64,000 bases of DNA from Kudoa neothunni (Eukaryota; Animalia; Cnidaria), in contig OZ199839.1 of NCBI GenBank assembly GCA_964304625.1, positions 263,970-327,969 on the forward strand, given 5' to 3'. Position 1 is the stretch's first letter, and every line of letters begins with the position of its first letter. The position numbers and the translations under genes are program-made. This document shows positions 53,881-64,000 of the stretch, piece after piece. Below the pieces are notes generated by a model. The model saw only the letters and a program-made list of their open reading frames with translations, did no database searches and was not told where the DNA came from.

Positions 53881-55439
53881 AATTTGCATTGCAAATCAAG
53901 GCGTCCATTGAGATTATCGGAAAAAACCTAAGGTCGCGAATAAAACACAATAGAATTATTAAAATAACAAAAAAATTTAAACACGTTTTCTAATTATTAT
54001 CCTCAATTGAATCATCTTTATTATCTTCACAACCCTCAGTTAGGAAGGTCGATCTATTTTTCAAGCGCTCAGGGTATCGTTTGTTTACAACACCGCTCCT
54101 CACGTCATGTATTAGTTTATTTGTTGGTCGCGATGTTAAAAACGTGTTATTATTTCTTCTGATCGACTGCTTTGCGAGAAGTTTACATTTTACAGTTTTA
54201 ACATTTAATGAGTTAGTTTGTTTAATTTATGCTGTGTTCATTAATGAATAAGTTCGTTCAAAGTTTGCAATAGCTGAAATTTCTATCCTTAGCATATAGA
54301 TCAATCCAATATTTAAAATCTACTTTTAACCAATCTTGATTGGAGCACATTGTTCCACGCTCTTGCTTGATCTCCGTTTGAAATTTCACACATACTTTAA
54401 AATAATAAACGTCAATAACTTCAAAATGTGTTATTAAAAAAATTAGAAAATTATAAGACAGCGTTGACGTACCCAAATACAGTCAGAATAATAAGAACAA
54501 TTGATTAAATAACAATTATCCAAGGGGCGGAAGACAGCACGTTGCCGACAACCGTGATATATTTTTAAAATTTCGAATAATTTTAATTCTCTCCATTAGT
54601 AAAACAATAAATTTGATTATTCTACCTAATTCTAACACTTATTATTTATTAACTAATCTCAAAGATTTCAATAATCTAAAAGTTTTGTAAATAAACGAAA
54701 AACCCTAGATTTGGCTTAAAGTTAAAAACTCCCCAAGAACCTAAAGTTAATAGAAAAATCTCATGGTTTGGACGCCCTGGTGAAAATAGTCACCATCAAC
54801 AAACATACCGGCAGTCTTCCTTCATATATATATATATATATATAAGGGTTTATAGGGCCTCCTGCTGCTGGCCCTCGTGAAATATCCTATTATAATCCAG
54901 ATCATTATATATTTTCTGTATATTTCACAACTGATTTTTGAAAATTAAACAAAAATCCGTATTATAAAAAAATGTTCATTGTAAGCTACAATTGGTAGAC
55001 AATTTTATTCCTACCGCGCGCACTCAGAGTGGATTTTTGTTAGAATGTGGCTTTTACCATGGTAAAATATATCAGATGTCATTATATTTGTCTAATTTGA
55101 TAATTCATAGGTCACGGATTTGCTCTTATGAGCCACAAATAATTAAATATCGCAGATTTTTAAAAATTTAATCTCTATAAAGCTTGTAAGAATTATGAGG
55201 ATCCAAATTTACTTGAATAATGACCTCTATCTTTTTTAATGCCGTCTAAATATAATCTTGGTAGTGAGAATCATTATAAAATAATTTAGAAAAAAATATT
55301 ATTAGCATTTTTAAAAATTGTGACACTTTTTGAGATTTAAATCTTCATTATTATTTTATTTGTTGCTTCAAAACTTTTTTCTGTTACATAAGGTGCTATA
55401 AATTTTAATTTTTTAATTTATGACGGTTGCTTTACAAGA

Positions 55440-56730
55440 TGTTTCAGAATAATCCGATATATTTCAAAATAAAGCGGACGCAGTACAAAAACAAAAGGAA
55501 TTGTTTTTAATCGTGTTAAAGTAATTTATTTTTTATATTTTATTAATTATATGAAATGATATTATAGTATAGTATTGCTAATATATTATTACGACATAAT
55601 GGATGAAAGCAAAAAAATATAAAGCCGTAGATCAAACATTATATGATCCAATTATGACTCCTAAAGCAAGAATCCGTCAAAAAATATCTGAAATGATTGA
55701 TTTTTAGGTTCCCCAAATATATAAAATTCACTCTTTTATTAAGACCAATCCAGAAACCCACAGCTACGTCGCTTTTGTAAAGAAAAATGGGCGACACCTG
55801 AAAAATAATACTGATCTCGAAAACAGAGGAAGAGAAATCGTTGGCCGAGATAACAGCAGCATAAAAAACTACTCTTCATAGACGGGAACTTTTCAAATAG
55901 TACTGCATACCTACCGGCAAAATCCCCTGGACTAACAAAAAAGCGACTTAAACTAAATGTCCATGTTATTTTGACGGATTCTCATAAAAGAATGATAGTT
56001 GAATATGCCTCCAAGATTATAGGGCTGAGAAGAAAGATTATTGTTTCTCTGGATGAATGTGGATTTAATTTAAATGTATCGAATAATTACGGTTAATCGG
56101 AACCTAATAAATACGCTATCGCCATTGTACGCTCTTCTAATGGACGAAATATATCTATATGGGCTATTTTACCATTCAAGGAATAATTGACCATAAATCC
56201 TGCATGGTAGATTCCACAAGGTCCAGTTTCTTTATAGTATAGAGAAAATAGTTATGGAACGAAAAATCTCTTCTAAAGTCATCCTCATCATGGATAAAGT
56301 TAGGTTTTATCATTTACAAGGGGAGAAAAGTCTGATGAATGCTAACTCGATTCAATCACTCAATTTGCCATTATATTCTCCTAAGTCTAATTCCATTGAG
56401 AATGTGTTTTCGGATTTAAAATGAAAAGTCTCAAGTTACTGCTTAAGAAACAAAAATAGAGATGTTTTGATAGATTACACAACAAACTCCATTAATGAAT
56501 TTAATCTAAACGGTTATCAATTTTTTCAACCTTGCCAGAAGAATATGGGACAATGTGTATAAAGGATTAAACAATTAAATAATATTAGCTTTTTTCTATA
56601 ATTTCGAGTGTATACATATAATCTGTAGTTTTTCATAAGTTCAAAATATGTCTACCGCGTTTTTGATTGTTTCTGAAATGTATCTGACTAGTCTTAAAAT
56701 GCGCCCGATAAATATTGAAATGAGTCCTAT
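55440..56730 (+). mobile_element. Tc1/IS630-type DD34E transposon relic; boundaries approximate
   Basis: VSLDECGFN, GRNISIWAI, LIMDKVRFYH...LPLYSPKSNSIENVF with 34 residues between D and E. Stops and frameshifts. Confidence 0.8.
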
Positions 56731-57917
56731 TAATTTTGTAGATATAATCCGCAGAATATCCTTCGCATTATTGTTTGAACTTTCCTGTTAAAATTGATGA
56801 TTGGATCAAAGATTGTTGTCTTTTATAAAACTTATTTGTTTTATATTGCGCTTTACATATTAAGAAACGAACACCATAGGTTAAATTTTAAGATGTAGCC
56901 TTATACTGTTATTTTATTAATTTAATGTGTACGCTACTCTTTATATTCTTGGATCGCTCTCAATCAATTCGGCAATGAGATTATTAGTACAGAAAATCAA
57001 TATTCCTATGGGATAAGATTAATTCGTTGGATAAATACAAGAAATTTTTATTCAAAATACTAATATAATCACCCCTTATTTTTGAAAATTTTATTACGTA
57101 TATTGATTTATGACAAGTTAAATCGCAGTATAATGACAGTTTTCGTACCTCTCAAAGTAAGGTTGTTTTGTTCCATTTCTATTTATATTTATCAGTAATA
57201 TTTCTGATTATGATTTTAACTGATTAATAATTCAGAATAATAAGAAAATTAGTAAACGATATTCATCCAATAAATTGCGTAAACTTATTAATCACATGAC
57301 TTTTAATTTGGTCATTTTCTGTCTCATTTGAACAAAGATTTCTCTAAAACAAAAAATAATCTAAAATTATTAATTTCATATTTATAAAATATTAAGTTCC
57401 ACAGAAATTTGCTTAGTTATACCAACTGTATTTTCATATTGTGTTGAGTTAAATCTATATCGTTAAAGTTGAAAAAGGAAATAAAAATGACGTTTATTTA
57501 TTTTTAAATAATATGTATTACTAATCCATTAATTCTTTTCAAACTGAGGCGATCGATTTCCCAGTCCAAAGAAACATATTAGCCCTTGTAGGGAAATAAT
57601 TGTTTTTAATTCTTCAATCAATTCTAATTGAATGATAATAATTAATATCAATAAATAAATATAATTGGAACACTACGATAATATAGGTTTTAGTTAATTA
57701 AAATATTATAAATTTCACCAAATATTGTATTGTGTCGTAAAATTTTTGGAATAACTTAAATAAAAATATTTAGGCTCATTAACAATCTTTTGTATAGAAT
57801 GTATTAAGAAAAATAAATTAGTATTATTGAAAGGATTATTTAAACAATATAATAAAGTTTAATGGGATGTATGATGAAAGCAAATGATTTAAATAGAAAT
57901 AAAAGTTTTAAATTGAT

Positions 57918-59455
57918 TTATTTCGTATTAGTTGGTTTAAAACTTGAAAATATTTTTCTGTTGTTTGTTAGCTGTATAGGACGATAATTTCCACAAAGGG
58001 ATTTCCCATCAATCCCTTTAAGTGAGTTAAGTATGAAAAACTAAATGTGAAAATTAGTTTAATCTCTTACAAAATTGTTACATCATCAGGGTCTCCATTT
58101 ACTACATTTTTGAAGATTACCCATGTAACTGATTCAGAGCATGGAGGGGTAGTAAGAGAACCTCGATAGGTAAAGTATTCTGGATTTTTTGACGTTTTAA
58201 ATGAAGGAAACATCAACGAACCAGGGACACCTTCGGTAAGTGTGTATTCGGTATCTGGAGGCCTTTGATAGAAAACTGAACAAAGATTTGAAAAATTTTT
58301 ACTTGCATTTGTAACGAGAGGGGCGTATTTCACAAAATAACGAAGTGTACTATTTATTCTGGATGCCTGAATATATTCAATATGAACCAACGAATTTTAT
58401 TTTAGACTCACTTTTATTCGGCTAGAAATTATGAGAAAACCGTCGCTGTGTGAATTAGCTTCCGTTGAACTATTATATCTTGTGTTTTGAAATAAGTAAT
58501 GCATCTACATATACATTATAGGGATGATGTTATTTAAACATGTGTAATGCAACCTCTCCAGAGTAACTCGATCCATCGACAGTGTGTTCAGTGCCGACAC
58601 TTTTATTACATCCAAAATGAAGATGTACGTGCTGTAGCAGATATTCTTCAGTGCCAGTAAACCCTCCAGTCAACAAAAAGTTGGTTTTTCCTTCATCTAT
58701 GTCAAGGCCATATGAATAACCATTATTGATAAATTGCCCAAATATCATATTATTATCGGAATGTATGCTAAAAATCATTGGATCTATTTTATCCGCCATT
58801 GAACTATCAGCCTCATCAGATTCGATTGCTATTGGTGATTGTCTGGTGCCACTGCTACATTTATCGTAGTGTTCACCCCATTTATTTGGCCCAAATGCTT
58901 AATATTGAATTCATTAATTTTTTACTCATTTCATGAGTCTATATACTCGAATCCGTATCACGATAACCCCATAATGTGGGTTTTGGTATAGCGGCGGTTG
59001 TTGTGGTTGTAGTGGGTGGAGGGATGGTAGTTGTTGTAGTAGGCGGAGGAGTGGTAGTGGTTGTAGTAGGTGGAGGAGGAGTGGTAGTTGTTGTAGTAGG
59101 CGGAGGTGTAGTTGTGGTTGTAGTAGGTGGAGGTGTAGTTGTCGTCGTAGTGGTAGGCGGCGCTGTGGTCGGTAACACGGTTGTAGTTATTAATGTGATA
59201 GGTCGTTGAGTAATAACAATAGTTTCGGTGCAACCATCACAGGGTTTTGTTTTGGCTTTGGATGCAGTAGAAAGTATAGTTTCTTTGAAACCATCAGGGC
59301 GTTCTTTTACTGAAGCTGAAGCATTGCTGCTAACCTCAACATTGGACCAACTCCTCCCTATCAATTTAAATTCAATTATATATTTGTTTAGCTAAATTAA
59401 ACTCACCATTGTGTAAATATATAATCAAAAGTAAATTACAGAAATGTGATAACAT
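57918..59455 (-). CDS. Secreted alpha-carbonic anhydrase with an N-terminal Pro/Thr mucin-like stalk, about 6 exons
   Basis: Signal MLSHFCNLLLIIYL; WGY..GPNKW..C..G.RQSPI; HVHLHFG; GTEHTVDG..YSGE|MHY; YFTYRGSLTTPPCSESVTW; NYRPIQ. All three Zn-binding His present. Confidence 0.93.
58994..59185 (-). repeat. Coding tandem repeat (P2-4 T5-7)n, mucin-like
   Basis: About six PPPTTTTTT units with varied third codon positions, in the carbonic anhydrase exon. Confidence 0.9.
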
Positions 59456-59570
59456 TGATATATTAAGGACGAAAATTGTTCTTTTGAAATGGTGAGTAGG
59501 TCACAGGTAGAATAGCAGATGGAGTGCGAGCTTCTATTGACTTTCACCATGCATACCAAGTTAAAAGTTT

Positions 59571-60586
59571 ATGCGATATTTTTCAAGTTTTATACTCTTT
59601 ATTACTTTATTAAATATTAAAAAGAACGCCCCACAAAGTAATACAGAGGAAGTATTGAGCGATTCGAGAAATTTGACCAATCCATACGACTTTGAGATAA
59701 ATAATTTGCTTTTTATTGATCCCTCTTCGAGTAACCACACTTTATTTATTATAAATATTAAATTAATCAAATTATATGAAATTGTAGGGTATGTCTATAC
59801 CAAAAGCTCATCCAAGGGGTCAGTTAACGATTGCGATCTTGGGCATTGTGAAAACACACTCCCAGATCACGAACAGAATCTAATTGAGAAAATTTTGTCT
59901 TTTAATAATAATAAAACAAAGAATGATGACGGTATTATTCAAACATATTTGTGTTATTTTAAAAAATATCTAAAAGAAAAATCCGGCAATAAAGATGCGA
60001 AGGAGTCATGGGACGAGCTGTGTCAATTTGGTCAACATCAATCTCCAATCAATATAAAGAAAGCATCTGCAGTCAAACCAAATGAATTTAGTATCATTTA
60101 CAATCTTGATATATCTAAAATAGAATGGAGACCATTCTACAAAAAACACAATTTTGGGGTTGAAAATATATCCAACTGTACACAACCTCATCTCTATGTG
60201 AATTCGTCCATGTTCAACTTGAACAACAAAGCCTACTGCCTTAGTAATATTCATATTCATCTGAGTTGTGATACAGATACCTTTGGATCAGAACACGCTC
60301 TTGATTTTGAAAAATTTCATGCCGAAGTAACAAAAATTAAACTTTTTAATTGTAAATAATATTAAATTCTTAGCTTCATTTGGTGTACATCGATTATTCT
60401 AGCTTAAAAAATACGAGTGACGACAATAATGACCAGCTCACAATTTATGAAGCTGTTTTTTTACGAGTATTTGGATCACTATTTATTTATTTTGATAAAT
60501 TTCAACATGTAGGTATCCAATTCATACAGCCAATTAAATATCCTGGACAAACTGTTGAAAACTTTAATAAATTACAACTTCACTGG
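59571..60586 (+). CDS. Divergent secreted alpha-carbonic anhydrase-like protein; 3' exons uncertain, possibly extending to ~61678
   Basis: Hydrophobic N-terminus; WDELCQFGQHQSPINI; NIHIHLSC; GSEHALD..FHAE|LHLV across GT-AG introns. No clear GSLTTPPC found. Confidence 0.75.
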
Positions 60587-61857
60587 TATTTATTTAATCA
60601 GTTTTATTTACCTAATCATTCATTATTTTATTAAAATATCGATATAAAATTTAGTTATTTTTTAATATAGCAAATAATAAAATAGGCTAATTAAAAATTA
60701 TTTATTTAAATTATATAAGTAATTTTTTAAAACTCTGTAAAGACAGATTTTATTTTTCTTACTAAAAAAGTATATTATATTTAATTGTTTGTGTCATTTA
60801 GTATATAATGAATAAATTACCTATCTCACATTTTATTTTTTTCCTAAATAAATATATAATATTATTGGGATATCTAAAACAAAAAGTTTAACTTGAAAAA
60901 TAACTTTCTGACTGATCTTTCAAATTTTGTTTGTATGCATTTAAATATATAGGTTATTATACTTAAATAACCCGTTTTTCCTATAATATTTCCCCTTTAA
61001 TTATTATATTGTGTGATAAAATCAAAATATATTTTTTAAATTAATTTACATGACATGTATTGAGCGAATTATTTTATTTAATGTTACATGTTTGGAGCAT
61101 GCTCAATATATTGATTAAAAGTTCAATACTTTCTTGGGTATGAAAAGGAAAATGTTTATACTATGAATACAAAACAAAATTAAATATTTCTTAAGATACA
61201 TTAATTGTGTGGTCTAATATATAGTATAAAGTCAATCAAAGATTGTGCCTGAATTTTGTGCGTTCAGATACACACGGGACGTAAAAAGGTTAACATATTT
61301 AACTATTAAAATATATATATATATATATATTAAAATTTTAATATCTCAGTAAATAACTACTATTTTTACTATTGTTTCATTAAAAATTAATATATATATT
61401 TAAATTTGTTGATAGAGAAATAATATTATTCGTTATAAACTTAATATCGCCACAAAATTTCGGTAATAATTTTAATTCATCTCTGGATAATCTAAGTTTT
61501 TTTATTAAATAATTAAGTAGTTTAGAAAACAAAATTTTTGATATAAAGTATTTGTATTACATCACTTTATGGTAGAAAAGTTCGATTAAAGTTTATTTTA
61601 GAGCTTTTTGAAGTAAGATCAACGTGTCTCTCCGGTAAATTCAAGGGAAGTCTGAGTACGATTCTCGGAAATAATTAAATCAATGATTTAAATGGTCGTA
61701 TTATTAGTTCTTAATAATTTTAATAATTGCGTCCACCCGTTTATATTTATTTGTGCAATAGTGTATTGTAAAAAATATAAGTCAAAGAATACGTAAATAC
61801 CAGTTCTAATGAATTTAAGTCGCTTTTCACCCATTTACAATACTCACTGTGAAAGTA

Positions 61858-62021
61858 CAATCGAACCCAGTTTATCCGAAAATCGCATTATCAGAACAAT
61901 TTTTAATATATATTTGAAAATATTGTCAATTTTAAATAAAAAAATGTTGTTTAACCAAAATTTCAGTATCCGAAAGGAAAATGCCAGGTCCCAAAATTTT
62001 CGGATAAACGGGGTTCGACTG
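61858..62021. mobile_element. pogo/Tigger-derived MITE, 164 bp
   Basis: TIRs caatcgaacccagtttatccg / cggataaacggggttcgactg, flanked by TA. Confidence 0.8.
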
Positions 62022-62087
62022 TAATTACCGCATTTTATATTACATAGCAAAAACTTAATGAATTATTGGAAATTTCGTAAAAACCTA

Positions 62088-63833
62088 AAGTCGATATTGG
62101 ATATTGCGTAATTTTTTTGCGGCTCCAAAAATTACACAATGTCGAGACACGCGCACAAAAAAAATGCTTTATTTAAACATGTTTGACACGTTTATCTTAG
62201 TTATAGTCAATTTAATTAATTATCTGATATATAAGAAAATTATTTCAAGTCGAAAAGAATAGAAATGTCGATTTTTATAAACAAGTGTAATAATTTTCAA
62301 TTGATGTCGTTTTTTAGATGATAATTAAAATATTTGATTCACCATTGGAGTGAGAACTAAGATTAAAGATGCAGCTTCTTGAATAAATGATTTTCTTAAT
62401 ATACTTACTGTCTTTCTAACATATTTTACGAAACTTTTGTTGGTACATTATCAGATTCTATTTTAATTTGAATTGGGGTTTTGTGATTGATGAAAATTGT
62501 AATTTTCATTTTTATAGTTAAGAACGATGCCATCATTAAAGGTAATCTTCCTTGTTTTTGATCAATAATAAAAATTTCAAAGATATGGTTTTAATTTATA
62601 AGTTGGTCCTTTTTACCATTTTTATCATCTCTTTCCGTCTCCCTGTCCTAACACAATCGGAATAAATTTAAATGTTCGCATTAGCTTTTATTTTCATAAT
62701 ATATTGGATTTTTTGAAATGTTCACAATAATTTTTGTTGTAATGCAGTTCCATGCCATGCTTTTCGGATTTGAAATTGCATCACGTAAAGTGTATTTAGA
62801 ATTTGATGAATCATCAAATAATATCACATGAGTACACATTATATTTTTTTAATTTTAAAACAATGAAATCACCCCTATATGGATTTGTTGGAAAATAACT
62901 GTTGTATTTTTAGTTAAATAATCTTTATATTATCATAACAAAAGATTTCCTTTGGATGTGCTGGGCACTGGCCCAGCAAGATTAGCATCTTTACGTTCTT
63001 TGTCACCATTTTAGAATTTATCTTGTTCATTTCCTGAAAAATATAGCCAAAATCATCGAGAAATTTTTTGGAGCTCAATACACCTAGTGTATGTTTTAAT
63101 CCCCTTAAAACACCTAGGATTTCAATATTTTCAAAATATTGATAATGGCAAATTTTCTCTACATAAAAAGTGTGATACCAAAATCGTTATGGTTTTCTTG
63201 TTAACTTTATCCTTTGTGTCACTTTCCTTCCTTTAATACGTTACTGCTCATAAAACATAGCGGTATCATAAATATTTATTATCTCTTGGGCTATTGGTGT
63301 TTATCAAATTTTTACTTTTATAGATCCGTTAATTTATAGATGCGAGAATAATGTGCTCGCAGCTTCATCATGAAAATATTTAAAAATGATTCCAAATTTT
63401 TTTCAAACTTCGCTACACATCTCTTGCTTTCTTTATAATTTTGAACTTTATTCTTTTTTGCAATGATAATAAACGTTTTAATAATAAGTCTCCAGAAAGA
63501 ATTTGATTATACGTGTAATTTTTGATAAATTTCTTCACTTGTACCGATGAATCTTTTATTTAAATGCTTTTCTTATTTCCTGCTAAGTCTAAATTGTTCA
63601 GCTTGATTTCATGAGAAGGAATTCTGTCCGCATCGGCTGTCCTCGAATATATATATTCAGATATATCAAAAATAACCATACTATCAAGGATATATTTTTT
63701 AACCGTCATTTTTATGGCATCTTTAATTGTTTTTATTGAGATTAAACACCGTATTATTCTAATTTTCCCCAAAATATTACACTGTTTCCTTCATATATTG
63801 AAGGTAAAATTACGCAATATCCAATCTCGATTG
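62088..63833 (-). mobile_element. Decayed pogo/Tigger element
   Basis: TIRs of ~28 bp (tcgatattggatattgcgtaatttt / aaaattacgcaatatccaatctcga) with TA flanks. Relics FHDEAAS, MLILLGQCPAHP (LLDNCPAHP) and LRDAI...AWNCIT..I.N. Confidence 0.8.
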
Positions 63834-64000
63834 TATATAACAACCCTAAACCATATGACATAAGAAGAAAAATATTCGGAATTTAATTGGGAAATTCTAC
63901 TCCAAAATTAACCAAAAACAAAAAATACCACTCATTCAATTTATTATAAGTAAGCATTAGGTTTCTATTTCGCCCATCTCGCGTCTCAGTTCCATTTCAG

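Larger units (their letters stand above)
51197..54793. mobile_element. Unclassified TIR element hosting nested insertions
   Basis: 25-bp imperfect TIRs gtgtctatttgcaccagggctgcca / tggacgccctggtgaaaatagtcac (21/25). Repeated aaaacccaag-like motifs at ~51237, ~51812, ~51850, ~53923 and ~54699. Confidence 0.5.

Noticed and set aside
58958-59233. Tyr/His-rich ORF and Val/Gly-rich antisense ORF
   Set aside because: These are alternative-frame shadows of the Pro/Thr repeat of the carbonic anhydrase.
63560-63772. Host gene
   Set aside because: It lies inside the TIR-bounded pogo relic and is best read as a transposase N-terminal fragment.
1-64000. CRISPR arrays, rRNA genes, prokaryotic operons
   Set aside because: No regularly spaced repeats or rRNA-like sequence; the gene structure is spliceosomal and eukaryotic.

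Overview
AT-rich eukaryotic (animal) genomic DNA. Compact, short-intron (about 35-100 nt, GT-AG) genes sit as islands among DNA transposons. The divergent metazoan genes and compact introns suggest a reduced parasite such as a myxozoan, but this is inference only. Host genes reconstructed by manual splicing: MTR4/SKIV2L2 helicase, a rabaptin (RABEP)-like coiled-coil protein, DOHH, a TGF-beta type I receptor kinase, NAA10, a head-to-head pair of secreted alpha-carbonic anhydrases, several unknown genes, and a CD39/GDA1 (E-NTPDase)-fold membrane protein that the ORF track shows only as fragments. That protein has an open spliced frame but all five apyrase motifs are degenerate, and it carries a whole MULE in intron 2. 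Mobile DNA: one structurally complete piggyBac (TTAA TSDs, 549-aa ORF), a nested cluster of decayed piggyBacs, two MULEs, several pogo/Tigger relics, a DD34E Tc1/IS630 relic, hAT MITEs, probable Helitron relics and a tRNA-derived SINE with a 13-bp TSD. The best leads are the pseudo-apyrase surface protein, the type I receptor with a rewired GS/FKBP12 region, and the divergent carbonic anhydrase pair. All homology calls come from motif recognition by eye, not from database searches.
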